A stretch of DNA of 64,000 nucleotides from Candidatus Kapaibacterium sp. (GTDB taxonomy: Bacteria; Bacteroidota; Ignavibacteria; Kapaibacteriales; UBA2268): positions 44,368 to 108,367 of the forward strand of contig DAOMQA010000003.1 of assembly GCA_035445085.1 (NCBI GenBank). The letters run 5' to 3'. Positions within the stretch are counted from its first letter, which is position 1, and every line of letters starts with the position of its first letter. The notes under the pieces were generated by a model that saw only the letters and a program-made list of their open reading frames with translations, was not told the DNA's origin and did not search any database. Positions 27,770 through 39,500 of the stretch are shown piece after piece. Both the position numbers and the translations under genes were made by a program.

Positions 27770-28759
27770 ATGAGTATAAGTTATAAAGAATCTGGTGTTG
27801 ATATTCAAGCAGGAGAAGAAACTGTTGATAGGATTAAGCCGTTAGTAAAAAGTACACATAATAAAAATGTGTTGTCTAATATTGGCTTGTTTGGTGGGTT
27901 TTATGAATTAGATTTCAAGGAATACGAAGCTCCAGTATTGGTTGCTTCTACAGATGGTGTCGGCACTAAATTAAAAATTGCTTTTGCTACGGGCAAACAC
28001 GATACTATTGGGCAATGCTTAGTTAATCATTGTGTAAATGATATACTTGCTTGCGGTGCAAAGCCTTTATTTTTTCTTGATTACTTTGCTACGGGTAAAC
28101 TAAATCCAGATGTTGCCGAGCAAGTCATAAAAGGTTTTACTATTGCTTGCAAGGAAAATGGAGTTGCTTTAATAGGTGGCGAAACGGCGGAAATGCCTTC
28201 ATTATATTCAGATGGAGAATATGATGTTAGTGGTACTATAGTTGGAGTGGTTGATAAAAGAAAAATAGTAAACGGTAGCAAAATACAAAAAGGTGATATT
28301 ATGATAGCCTTGCCTTCGAGTGGACTGCATACTAATGGCTATTCGTTAGCAAGAGCTGCTCTGTTCCCAAAATATAATGCTAATACTTATTTTGAGTCAT
28401 TAGGTACTACTTTAGGAGATGCTCTTTTGGCAGTGCATAAGCCATACTATAATTCTATATACCCTTTAATTGATAAAGAAATGATAAATGGCATATCTCA
28501 TATTACGGGTGGCGGAATAGAAGGTAATACTAAAAGGATAATGAGAGATGGTATTGAGATGGAAATTAATTGGAATAGTTGGGAACGCCCCGAAATATTT
28601 AAATTAATACAAAATGAAGCTAATATTGCTGAAGAAGAGATGAGAGCGGCATTCAATCTTGGAGTAGGCTTGATTATGGTTGTTAACCCGAATAAAGTAG
28701 ATGATATTATGACTTTTTGTGAAAATGACAAACCATTTATTATTGGTAAAATAAAATAA
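27770..28759 (+). CDS. purM: Phosphoribosylformylglycinamidine cyclo-ligase
   Basis: YKESGVDI, STDGVGTK, GGETAEMP, GLHTNGYSL, HITGGG. Confidence 0.97.
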   Translation: MSISYKESGVDIQAGEETVDRIKPLVKSTHNKNVLSNIGLFGGFYELDFKEYEAPVLVASTDGVGTKLKIAFATGKHDTIGQCLVNHCVNDILACGAKPLFFLDYFATGKLNPDVAEQVIKGFTIACKENGVALIGGETAEMPSLYSDGEYDVSGTIVGVVDKRKIVNGSKIQKGDIMIALPSSGLHTNGYSLARAALFPKYNANTYFESLGTTLGDALLAVHKPYYNSIYPLIDKEMINGISHITGGGIEGNTKRIMRDGIEMEINWNSWERPEIFKLIQNEANIAEEEMRAAFNLGVGLIMVVNPNKVDDIMTFCENDKPFIIGKIK

Positions 28760-28906
28760 TTGATTCTACTAATTATATAATAAGAAATTACTTATGTAAT
28801 TGTTTTTTTGTATAGATTAAAGAAAAATTTTGATTATTTGCTTAAAATTCCCTAATTTATATTTTAGAATATGCTTTTATTAAAAAATAATTATTAGGGA
28901 TTTTTT

Positions 28907-30878
28907 ATGAGTAGAAATTTTACTTTATTGCTAATTGCTGCATTATTTATTGGACTTGTAACGGTTAGTTTTTCTGCTGAATTAGCTAGCAGAGACCCGC
29001 AACCAAGAAACGTGGTCTTAGAAGAATACACTGGAATATATTGTACATATTGCCCTGACGGTCATAAAAGAGCAAGAGCTTTAAAAGAGGCAAACCCAGG
29101 TAGAGTAGTCTTAATCAATGTTCACGCTGGTGGTTATGCCGTACCTAAGGCTGGTGCTCCTGATTTTAGAACACCTTTTGGAGAGCAACTTGTAGGGCTT
29201 GCACAAGTAGCAGGTTTTCCTGCTGGCAGTATTAATAGGATGGTCTTCCCGGGTGCAGCTAATCAATCACCATATACACCACAGACTCAAGGCGGCACTG
29301 CTCTAAGTAGAGGAGGCTGGGCAATAGCTGCAGCTGACAGTGTACTTAATGGCTCTATATCACCTATGAATATTGGTGCTGTTACAAAGTGGTCTAACTC
29401 TACAAGAGAATTAAATGTTGATTTAGAATTATTTTTTACATCTGGGATTGAAGGAGCTGTAAAATTAAATGTCGCTTTGATTGAATCTCATATTTGGGGT
29501 CCACAAACGGGTGGCGAAGATCCTGTAAATTATGAGCATAATTTTATGTTACGCCATATGCTAACAGGACAATGGGGCGAACAAATAACTACTACTGACA
29601 AAAAAGATTAAAATTGAAAATTGCGATGTAGTTATATTCGTAACTACTGCGTCTAACCAATACATATATACGGGTATTAGTCTGCCTGCCATTACTCCCG
29701 AAATTGATATTGCAACAATAGGAAACAATATAGACGCATTAAAGTCAGGTGAAAAATTTCAAAATACTTTTAAAGTAAAAAATATATCTTCAAAAGATAT
29801 AAAGTTTAATGTAAGTGTTGTTAAATCTGATAGAACACCAGAAGATTGGGTTGCAAAGTACGAAGGTAGTGAAAATGTGTATACTGTTGCTCCAGAAGAA
29901 ACTGCTGATATAAATGTTAGTTTGCAAGTAGGAGATACTAAGGGGATTGGGGACGCAATTTTAACTATAAGCCAAGTTGATAATCCAGGTGCTATACCTG
30001 TTACTAAAATGCTTACTGCTGTATCTTCTGATGCAAAATATCTTGAAGTAAATGCTGGTGCTACGATGGAGACTACAATTAAAGAAGGCGGCAGAACAAG
30101 CCTTATTTCATTATCGAATGGTGACTATAATATAGTAGCGAACAAATTGGATCCAAGTGTAGTTGTTTGGAATTTTGGTCCTAAAGGTGGTATAAATGTA
30201 GCTCAAGCAAATATAATTGTAGACATGATAGGTAAAGGAATAGGGGTTTTAATGAATGGGGGTGTTGCTCTGCCATTTTTAACTTTTGAATCAACTAACC
30301 ATCCACTGCTTTCTACATTAGGATTAAATTGGGCGTCTGGATATGATATTCAATTATCTCAATTTACTCTAGAAGGTGTAGCTGGCGATCCCGTAGCCGA
30401 TGGCTTTAAAGTGACAGGCTCTGCTGGAAATAACGGGAACTATTACCTTCAGCCAATGATTATAACTAATTCAAGTATAGCAACCGAAATGGTTAAAAAT
30501 ACCGATCAAGGAAAGACTATCTCCGCAAGAATAGTAACTCCAACTGCTAAAGCTATTTATATGGGCTTTAATTTAGATGTTATAACTAATATTACCGATA
30601 GAACTAACTTTATTAAGAAAGCAATAGATTGGATTGAAGGAACTACTGATGTAAATGATAATCTTGTGAATGCTAATATATCTCTCTATCCAAATCCAAG
30701 TTCTGACTTTATTAATGTTAATGGTTTAAATGGTCAAGCTAATGTTACTGACTTGTTCGGGAGAATAGTTTGGTCTGGATTTATTACAAATAATAGCCAA
30801 ATAGACATAACTACTTTATCAAGCGGTGTTTATATGCTAAATATAAATAATAACATATATAAAATAATTAAAAAATAA
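28907..30878 (+). pseudogene. Omp28-related, T9SS-secreted protein broken by a frameshift or deletion near 29600
   Basis: RNVVLEEYTGIYCTYCPDGH and YEHNFMLRHMLTGQWG end in TAA at 29609-29611. The +1 frame resumes KIKIENCDVVIFV and runs open into the 29877 ORF, which ends in a T9SS CTD (LYPNPSSDFIN...SSGVYMLNI). Confidence 0.8.
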
Positions 30879-30932
30879 TTGTTGCTTATAGTAATCTAAA
30901 TAAAGGGGCTGTATCTTAAATTTCCCCTAATC

Positions 30933-30968
30933 AATAGCCTTATGTAATTAGACGTAGGGCTATTTTTT
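30933..30968 (+). terminator. Intrinsic terminator
   Basis: aatagcctta / tagggctatt stem (one G-U pair) followed by a T run. Confidence 0.6.
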
Positions 30969-31225
30969 ATACTTGATTCAGAATAAAACATTAAAAAATA
31001 TTCATTTTAAATATAAGCAGCATGATGCTATGGCGATGGTAATTTATTAGTTTTTCTGCAATTTGCCAATCTATTATTAAAAAAAAATAATATATAATTT
31101 ACTTTTAGTATCAAAAAATAAATTTGTATATATCGGAAGAAATAGTTAATTTTATGTGTCCTTATATTACGAAAAATTGATAGTATGATAAATAGAGAAC
31201 AAAATGTTACTATAAATCTTATAAA

Positions 31226-31252
31226 GTACTCTGGTACTCTGGTACTCTGGTA
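31226..31252. repeat. 8-bp tandem repeat (gtactctg) x3.4
   Basis: gtactctg gtactctg gtactctg gta. Confidence 0.9.
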
Positions 31253-31486
31253 GACAGCTATTATGCCTACAATATTGTAATCAAGGTAAGTATACAAATA
31301 AGTATCAGCGGCTGGCACGTTGCCCTACAATAATGATTATACAAATAAATAAAGTATTTAGTGTTTGTTTATGTATTATTTATAAAAATTATTAAAATAT
31401 GGAGTATTTATGAAGTATAGAATATCAGTTTTTTTGTTGCAAGGTTGTGGTGATATAATTATCAGTGATTCAAAAGGGAGGCAGTA

Positions 31487-32728
31487 ATGAAAATATTAAG
31501 TATATTGTTTGTAACTCTTCTTGCTATGACTGCCTTTGCACAAAGGCAAAATGCCATATTTTCTATTCAAGATATGGATATTAAGTACAATCATTATTTT
31601 GTTGTAGCAAATATTTTTGATAGTGCAATGGTATATTATGAAATAGGCAATATCTCCTATATTAATAATATGCAAGAGAAAACGAGAATTTATCTTTCTG
31701 ATAGTATCACCAAAATAGCCGGCAAGTATTTGCAAGCGTCTAATATACAAGGTGAAAACCCTGAATTTCATAGTATACTTAGGACAGAGTCCTTTTTTCT
31801 TCCTGAACAAGCAACACAATTAGAATTTTATAGGCGATCATTAATAAATAAAGACCCTTGCTCTTCGGTAAAGCCCAATAATGGCGCTAATAAGTGGGGA
31901 TATGACGATATGAGTAAATTTCGAATTGATATAGTAGATGCAGGAACTTATACTGTTTTAGCTTCGATAGATTCCGTAATATCCAATCCCGTTGCAAATA
32001 GGATTGATGGGGTGCTAATTGGTAGCGAACCATATACGACTATTCATTTACGCGATTTACCATCTAATTGCAAAAATAAAAATGTATACCTAAGAGTAAC
32101 AACATTTAGAGTGGGACAAAGTCCTTTTGGAATGGTAGCCAAATCTATGAACACTTGGGTAAACCGTTCAGCTTTATATGATTATAATGGATTGTATGTT
32201 GATAATGAAAATTTCTTTGACTCATTGAATACTATTTTTAGAAGTAAATTAATTCAAAACTTAGATTCCATTCAATCAACTTCTGGAAATGTTAGCATAC
32301 CCGAATTCTATCCCCCAAATTTTGGTAACCTCTTTATGGATAGGTATTTATTCAAAGGTAGGTATAATGTTTATATAGAAGCAAATGGAGATACTATAAA
32401 AATTGCTAGGAATGAGCTATTAAAAGAATCTATCGAAAGCGAAGAAAGCTCTGATAAATTAAAATTTATTACTGTTGCACCATCAATACTAAATGGGCAA
32501 AACGAAGTATATCTAAAATTTTATAACAGTATGCAACAGTCGCTCAATATATTTGTTACCGATTTGAACGGTGCAAAAATTGCCAATATATGTAATAATA
32601 ATTTTGAACAAGGTATACATACTATTAATTTTATCACAAAAAATTTATTAAATGGCTTATATTTTATAAATATTGTCGATAACAATGCAGAGCAGTGGGT
32701 AACTCAAAAAATATATATAATTAATTAA
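31487..32728 (+). CDS. Secreted hypothetical protein with T9SS C-terminal sorting domain
   Basis: Signal peptide ending AFA-Q; C-terminal VAPS...DLNG...LLNGLYFINI...TQKIYIIN. Confidence 0.8.
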   Translation: MKILSILFVTLLAMTAFAQRQNAIFSIQDMDIKYNHYFVVANIFDSAMVYYEIGNISYINNMQEKTRIYLSDSITKIAGKYLQASNIQGENPEFHSILRTESFFLPEQATQLEFYRRSLINKDPCSSVKPNNGANKWGYDDMSKFRIDIVDAGTYTVLASIDSVISNPVANRIDGVLIGSEPYTTIHLRDLPSNCKNKNVYLRVTTFRVGQSPFGMVAKSMNTWVNRSALYDYNGLYVDNENFFDSLNTIFRSKLIQNLDSIQSTSGNVSIPEFYPPNFGNLFMDRYLFKGRYNVYIEANGDTIKIARNELLKESIESEESSDKLKFITVAPSILNGQNEVYLKFYNSMQQSLNIFVTDLNGAKIANICNNNFEQGIHTINFITKNLLNGLYFINIVDNNAEQWVTQKIYIIN

Positions 32729-32822
32729 GATTTGTTTAGAGAGTTATCTATATAGCAATAAAATAAGGTTTGAAAAAGTTGGAATATAGTTCCTTAAAAT
32801 CCTTTGTTTGCTAATTAATTAT

Positions 32823-32850
32823 AGGTCGTATCTTCGCCGAGATACGACCT
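32823..32850. terminator. Hairpin between convergent genes, probably a bidirectional terminator
   Basis: Perfect 11-bp stem aggtcgtatct / agatacgacct with a 6-nt loop. Confidence 0.7.
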
Positions 32851-32872
32851 TATTGTTTTCTATACTACATCT

Positions 32873-35188
32873 TTACATTTTTACTGATAAACTTGCTCTA
32901 AAGGTTCTGGGTTTTAGCGGACCATAAATAAAATCAGAATCTCTATTTGGTCCCCTATCAAAATCGTCCTGATATTGATTACTTATGTTATTAACGCCAA
33001 GTGCTAATTTTAGCTCTGGTCTATCTAAAAAGATGTAAGATACAGAAGCATTTAATTCTAAAAAGTTAGGTGAGAGAAATACAATGTTCTCGGTAATGAC
33101 ATTCCCGGTTGGCGATGTTCCCCCCGCAAAGTGTGGTATATCCATTGAACCCGTATATATTGCAGATAATATAAATTCTAAGTGTTCGCTTGGATTAATA
33201 TATAGGCTTACATACCCGTATAAATCTGGTGTTCTTAATATTTTATTAGTTTTTTGTTCTAATATATTTTTTAAAGGGTCTGCTGCTAACCATACAAATG
33301 GCGAATCATAAGAACCTTTTTGGTATGTGATACTTGCTTGCAATAAAAAATATTCAAAATATGATGTCCTTATTTCGGCATTTAGTCCATATATAGTTGC
33401 TCCATCACCATTTTTTTTGGTAAGTACAATGTTTCCCTTATCATCAATACCACTTGCTTCATTAACAAACACATTGTTGAGTTTGTTGTAAAATACTTCA
33501 AAGGAAAGAGCAATTGGCAGGTTCTCAAAATTTAAATATTTATCTATGCCCCAATTTAATGAAAGAGATTTTTCTGCTTGCAAATGCTGAGATAACTCTA
33601 CAATTACACGCTTACCCGATCTCAATTCAGTATGCAAATCTTCATTGTAGGCTTGTGGCGATCTGTAACCTGTACTAAGTGATGCTCTTAAATTAAAGTC
33701 GTCTACTTGTTTGTACATAAAAGTAAACCTTGGACTAAGAATAAGGTCTTTTATCATGTTATGTTTGTCTGCTCTTAACCCACTAATTAAATTAAAATGC
33801 TCGTTAAGCCTCCAATCATATTGGGCATATAAGCCAAAAAGATTTACTTCTTGCTTTAATGTTGTCCTATATTCGCTTGCTTCGTTTAATACGTTTTCGT
33901 TCTGGTATTCAAATCCAGAAGTAAAAATTCCATCTCCTATTAAAAAGTTCTTTAATATATGATTAAATTGTAAACCGCCTAAATATACTTTCGATGATGT
34001 TAGCCCATAGCCATTAGGGTCTTTGTTTGCACCTATATAATCTTTAACTTCAGTGTTGTTAAATGAGGCGTATATAGAATATTTACTTAAATCATTATTA
34101 AAATATGATTCATAACTTAAGCTACCAGCTGTCAAATTTTGACTCAAATCTTCAGCTATTAATGTTTCGTGAGGTGGTAATTTTATACTGTCGCCTCCGC
34201 GTCTGTTTTCATGGATAGTCTGAAAATCAAAGGTTAGTTTTGATTTGGAGTCTGGATTAAGGAATGCTCTTGCTCCAAATGACGTGCCGGATAAAGTCGG
34301 TATTTCAGAGAACCCATCATTATCAGCATCGTAGATATCTCGCTTATTATGATTAGCAAATAAGTATACTCCAAAATCTTGCTCATCGCTAATAGTTGAA
34401 GCATTTAATTGGTATGAGTAATCTATGCTATTGTTGTCTATCATACCATAATTATATCTACCTTCAAAGCTATTTTCAACAGGCGGTTTTGTTATAATAT
34501 TTACTACTCCAGCTATTGCATTCCCTCCATATAGTGCAGAGCCTCCTCCACGTACAATTTCAACCCTATCTATCATATTTGAAGGTATTTGGTCTAAAGC
34601 GTACATTGAATTTAATGATGTGATAATTGGCTTTCCATCAATTAAAATTTGTGAATACCTACCTTCCATACCATTTAAACGGATTTGCGAATAGCCACAA
34701 TTCTGGCAATTTGCTTCGACTCTTAAACCTGGTGCAAACCGTATACCTTCTTGAATTGATGCGGATTGAGTAGCTTCAAAAATCTTATTATCGATGACAG
34801 AAACTTTAATCGGAACATCCTCATATAGTTTGTCTGTACGGGTGGCAGACACTACTACTCCACTACTATTAACTATACTTTCTGATAAAATAACCTTCAT
34901 TTCATGTATAAAATCCTCCTTATGAGTTAGATCAACCTCTAATGTATAAGAATGATACCCCACAGCGCTGATAAGTACATTATAAATACCAGGGGGGACG
35001 CGTTTTATTGAAAAATCACCGTGTTTGTCTGCTACAGCTCCTAATGTAGTATGCTCTAATTTTATAGTAGCACCAGCAATAGCTCTTTTTGTAGAATCTA
35101 ATACACTACCCTTTATGATGTTATGCGAATATAAATTATTGATAGAAAGGAATACAAACAAAACAATAAACACAATTTTGTATAACAC
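32873..35188 (-). CDS. TonB-dependent receptor with N-terminal carboxypeptidase-regulatory-like domain
   Basis: VVVSATRT, plug GLRVEANCQNCGYSQIRLNG, RVEIVRGGGSALYGGNAIAGVVNIITK, C-terminal YGPLKPRTF. Confidence 0.93.
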   Translation of the reverse strand: MLYKIVFIVLFVFLSINNLYSHNIIKGSVLDSTKRAIAGATIKLEHTTLGAVADKHGDFSIKRVPPGIYNVLISAVGYHSYTLEVDLTHKEDFIHEMKVILSESIVNSSGVVVSATRTDKLYEDVPIKVSVIDNKIFEATQSASIQEGIRFAPGLRVEANCQNCGYSQIRLNGMEGRYSQILIDGKPIITSLNSMYALDQIPSNMIDRVEIVRGGGSALYGGNAIAGVVNIITKPPVENSFEGRYNYGMIDNNSIDYSYQLNASTISDEQDFGVYLFANHNKRDIYDADNDGFSEIPTLSGTSFGARAFLNPDSKSKLTFDFQTIHENRRGGDSIKLPPHETLIAEDLSQNLTAGSLSYESYFNNDLSKYSIYASFNNTEVKDYIGANKDPNGYGLTSSKVYLGGLQFNHILKNFLIGDGIFTSGFEYQNENVLNEASEYRTTLKQEVNLFGLYAQYDWRLNEHFNLISGLRADKHNMIKDLILSPRFTFMYKQVDDFNLRASLSTGYRSPQAYNEDLHTELRSGKRVIVELSQHLQAEKSLSLNWGIDKYLNFENLPIALSFEVFYNKLNNVFVNEASGIDDKGNIVLTKKNGDGATIYGLNAEIRTSYFEYFLLQASITYQKGSYDSPFVWLAADPLKNILEQKTNKILRTPDLYGYVSLYINPSEHLEFILSAIYTGSMDIPHFAGGTSPTGNVITENIVFLSPNFLELNASVSYIFLDRPELKLALGVNNISNQYQDDFDRGPNRDSDFIYGPLKPRTFRASLSVKM

Positions 35189-35287
35189 TATTATAAGCTC
35201 CTAAAGAATTATTTAAATATGACAAATATTTTCAGGTTTAGTCGTTAATGACTATATTACATTGTTTAACTTATAAAATTATAAAAA

Positions 35288-35728
35288 ATGAAAGTAAAAA
35301 TTGTAAGAATAGATCCAAACTTAGATTTGCCATTACCAAGTTATGCTACAATTGGATCAGCGGGTATGGACATATGTGCTTCAAACAGAGAACCAATAAT
35401 TATTGTCCCTCGCGAAACGCTACTTGTGCCAACGGGCTTATCGATAGAGCTTAGCCCTGGCTACGAATGCCAAGTGAGGAGTAGAAGCGGATTAGCTGCT
35501 AAATATGGTATATTCTGCTTAAATGCACCTGGAACTATTGATAGTGATTATAGAGGTGAGATAAAAATAATCTTATCGAATTTTGGCAATGAACACTATA
35601 CAATTAATTATGGCGATAGAATTGCACAGCTTGTTATAGCAAAATATGAAAGAGTAGAATGGGAATTAAGCGAGTCGTTAAGTAATAGCGAGCGTGGTAG
35701 TGGTGGATTTGGTAGTACAGGAAAATAG
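35288..35728 (+). CDS. dut: dUTP diphosphatase
   Basis: RSGLA, GTIDSDYRGEI, RGSGGFGSTG. Confidence 0.97.
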   Translation: MKVKIVRIDPNLDLPLPSYATIGSAGMDICASNREPIIIVPRETLLVPTGLSIELSPGYECQVRSRSGLAAKYGIFCLNAPGTIDSDYRGEIKIILSNFGNEHYTINYGDRIAQLVIAKYERVEWELSESLSNSERGSGGFGSTGK

Positions 35729-35769
35729 ACTCAATCAAGTGTATTTGTTAGTAAATAATAAAATTCAAG

Positions 35770-36294
35770 ATGAATGATAACTTAGCTCAGACTATATTAA
35801 ATCGCGGTAAAGAGCAAATTGTTTTATATTTTGATAGTAATCCAAATATGATAGATGATTTAATTCTGCTTGTATTTGCCAAAGATGCTAAAATAGCATG
35901 GCGCTCCACATGGGCTTTAGACCATTGTAATTATAATAAAAATGAAAAATTATCCCCATATTTAGATAGCTTCATTGAATTGCTGCCTAAAGCAGATGAG
36001 ACTATGCAACGTGTTATGCTTAGGCTTATTACGCCCCTTAACTTGCAAGAAGAGTCGTTCGGCAAGTTACTGAATGTGTGTCTTGCCATCTGGGAAGATA
36101 TTCGAATAAAATCGGCTGTTCGTCTATATGCTTTTAAGATAATATTAAAAGCAATTGAAATGTACCCAGAATTAAGGAATGAATTTCAATATTTGTTTGA
36201 CAATCACTATATGGAAAACATATCGCCAGGTATAAAGCATTCAATAAATAAATTAATGAATACCGCTAAAAATAGTAGAAGAATTGATAGATAG
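35770..36294 (+). CDS. Hypothetical helical (HEAT/ARM-like) protein
   Basis: 174 aa, AWRSTWALDH, repeated amphipathic helices. Confidence 0.65.
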   Translation: MNDNLAQTILNRGKEQIVLYFDSNPNMIDDLILLVFAKDAKIAWRSTWALDHCNYNKNEKLSPYLDSFIELLPKADETMQRVMLRLITPLNLQEESFGKLLNVCLAIWEDIRIKSAVRLYAFKIILKAIEMYPELRNEFQYLFDNHYMENISPGIKHSINKLMNTAKNSRRIDR

Positions 36295-36514
36295 TCAATA
36301 TATTAAAAGAAAAAGAATACATTAGGGGATAGCTTTTGAAAATCAAAAAGAGAGAATCGTAATTAACCCTAAAAGAGAATCTATTACTAAATTAAAAGAT
36401 AATAATAAATTAATTGTTTTTTTGAGGAATTTTAAATATTTTTTCGTAATTTATATTAATTAAATGTAACAAATGAATTAATTTTAATTTATCTTTTAAA
36501 ATTGGAGTTGCTTT

Positions 36515-39500
36515 ATGAAATATAAATACCTAATAATTATGGTTGGGCTCTTGATTCAAACATTGAGCTCATTATATGCTCAAAAAGAATACTCTAATTG
36601 GTACTTTGGTAAATACGCTGGCATCACTTTTAATACGCAAAGTGGCGAACCAGAGTTTTTAGAACATAATAAGATTAATCAATATGAAGGTAATGCTTCA
36701 TTATCAGACAAAGACGGAAATTTAATTCTATATTCTAATGGGGTAGATGTTTATAACGGGCAAGGTGATAAAATAAATAAAGATAATGAAACTTTGATGG
36801 GGCATCAATCCTCCACTCAATCTGCTATTATTACTAAAATGCCCAGCTCTTCTAATTTGTATTATATTTTTACTTCTGATGCTGGGGACTACGCCGACCC
36901 TCCCAATCAAGGTATCCACTATTCAATTATTGATATGAATGGCTTAGGAGGACGAGGCGAAATAATTTCCCTCAATGTACCATTACTTGGTGTTGCTTCA
37001 GAAAAATTAACTTCTACCAATCATGGCAATGGTAAGGATGTATGGATACTATCTAAAGGATATGGTAATAATAATTTATATGCTTGGCTCTTAACAGACA
37101 AGGGCCTTGTTGATACGGTCATTACTTCCTTAGGGTATACTCCAAAATCACAAAATGAATCTATTGGTTATATGAAGGTTAGTTCAAAAGGCAATAAAGT
37201 TGCTTTAGTTTATACTGAAAAGCCATTTATTGAGCTTGTGAACTTTGATAATAAGACTGGAGTATTTAGTAATTTGCTTACAATTCCTGTCGATGGATAT
37301 TATTCTTTATATGGCTTGGAATTTTCACCTAATAGAAATTACTTATACGTGTCAAATAGTGGCTCTCTATTAGATTTTTATACTATTTTTCAGTTTGATA
37401 TACGCTCACAAGATGTTAATAAAATTGCTAATTCGCGAGTAGTTGTTGATAAAAATAATGGTACTATAGGTGCGATACAGATAGCACCAGATAATCTTAT
37501 ATACATTGCGGCTTCCAATAAGAATTATTTAATGGGTATAATGAACCCTGATAGACGCTGCCCGCAATGTCGTTTCAATAATAATGTTATATCATTAGAA
37601 GATTCTTTATCATATATGGGGCTACCGCAATCCATACCTATATATAATACTTCAAAAAATATATTAGCTTGCGAAACACTTACAGCACAATTAGATCCTG
37701 ATGATATTTTAGAGGATACGTCAAGGTATGCTTTCAGCTATGAATGGAGCGGTCCTAATGGTTATTTATCTAATTCTCCGCGTCCAGAGTTTAACAATGT
37801 TTCTATGTCTGATACAGGAGCTTACACTCTAATTGTAAAATATGTAATAGGCAAAGATACTGTAAGTATGTCGTTTGTGAATTACCTATTAGTGAATCCA
37901 AAGAATAGTTTTTCTATTATTGGGGGTACTACATTATGCGAAGGCGATACTCTAAGCCTACAAGCGGATACAATGAATTTGAACTTTAGTTATTTATGGT
38001 CGACTGGTTCGCGCCGAAGTACGTTAAAGGTAACTAAACCTGGAGAGTATAAATTATATATCACATCAAGGTACGGTTGTGTAGATAGTGCAGAAATAAA
38101 TATAAATATGATACCTAAGCCTATCGCGAAAATTGATGGTCCTAAGTTATTGTGTAACAATAGCTCAATTACACTTACTTCTAAATATCAGTCCGATACA
38201 CTAAAATATTTATGGTCAACTGGAGAAACTACTCCTTCAATAAATGTAAAGCAGGTAGGTACCTACACTCTTAAAGTAAGTAATGATTATGGTTGCTCAA
38301 ATATAGATGAAATTAATGTTGTAAGGCATGACGAACTAAAGATTGATATTGCTGGTGATAGCGTGATTTGTAATCCTAACCCTGCTAAGCTTTTTGCTGT
38401 TATATTGCCTTATGATTCGACACTAAAATATGAGTATCATTGGAGTGACGGGCAGGCTGATTCGTCAGTGCTGATTAATAAGCCGGGTATTGTTAAGCTA
38501 ACCGTTACCATTGAGGGAAATTGCGAGTATACATCTGAAATTACTGTTGAAAAAACAGATCCCCCAAAAGTAGAACTAAATTTAAAAGATACTGTTGAAT
38601 TTTGTAACGGGGATTATATTGAGCTAAAAGTAATAGAGCCAGATAGCAAACTTCAATATACTTGGAGTAATGGAGAAAAGGGCGATAAAATTGTTCCCAA
38701 AAAAAGTGGGCAATACACGGTTTATGCAAGCAATTATTTAGGCTGTACTAGTGAAAAGTCTGTATATATAATTATAAGTGAGCCAATAATTGCATATATC
38801 GAATCAGATTATTTTACTAATAATTGTACCACAGATTCTGTTGCTTTATCCGTATATCCCAAAGATGAATCATTCACTTACCAATGGTCTAATGGACTAG
38901 TTGGGGATAGTATCATTGTTCTAAAATCGGGCAATTATTTTGTTACAATTAAAGATAAGTTTGCTTGCATGACAAATGTGAGTATCGAGGTTGTTATTGG
39001 TAGCGGAATCAAAGCTAATATAATAGGAGATACAAGGGCGTGCTTAGGAGATACCATTACCTTGAGAGCTACTCTCAATGATAATACTATCAAATCGTAT
39101 AAATGGTCGAATGGAGAGACAAGTGAATACATCAGAGTAAACACCTCTGATACTTATTCAGTAGAAATTACGGACGAGACCGGTTGTAAAGCAGCAGCAA
39201 GTATAAATATATTATTCATTGAACGTCTGGACGCAGAACTAAACATCAAAGATACCGTGCAATTATGCGATGGAGATAGCATAGTTATATCACCAATAAA
39301 GTATGATGATTCCTATCAATACTCTTGGGAAGATGGGCAGGAAGGTGCTAGCCGGACTATTAAGCAAAGCGGTCTATACCGACTTTACGTTACAAATAAT
39401 AACCTTTGCACAGATAGTAGTCAAGTTTATATAATATTTCATAAATTAGAGTATTTAGCTATCAAATCAGATAGAGAGCCTATTATTTGCAATGGGGGCG

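Noticed and set aside
29609-29611. Stop-codon readthrough (Sec/Pyl) in the Omp28 gene
   Set aside because: The stop is TAA, is followed by an in-frame TGA, and the continuation is in another frame.
35189-35287. Cobalamin or other riboswitch upstream of the TonB-dependent receptor
   Set aside because: Only about 100 AT-rich bp shared with divergent dut; no conserved riboswitch motifs seen.
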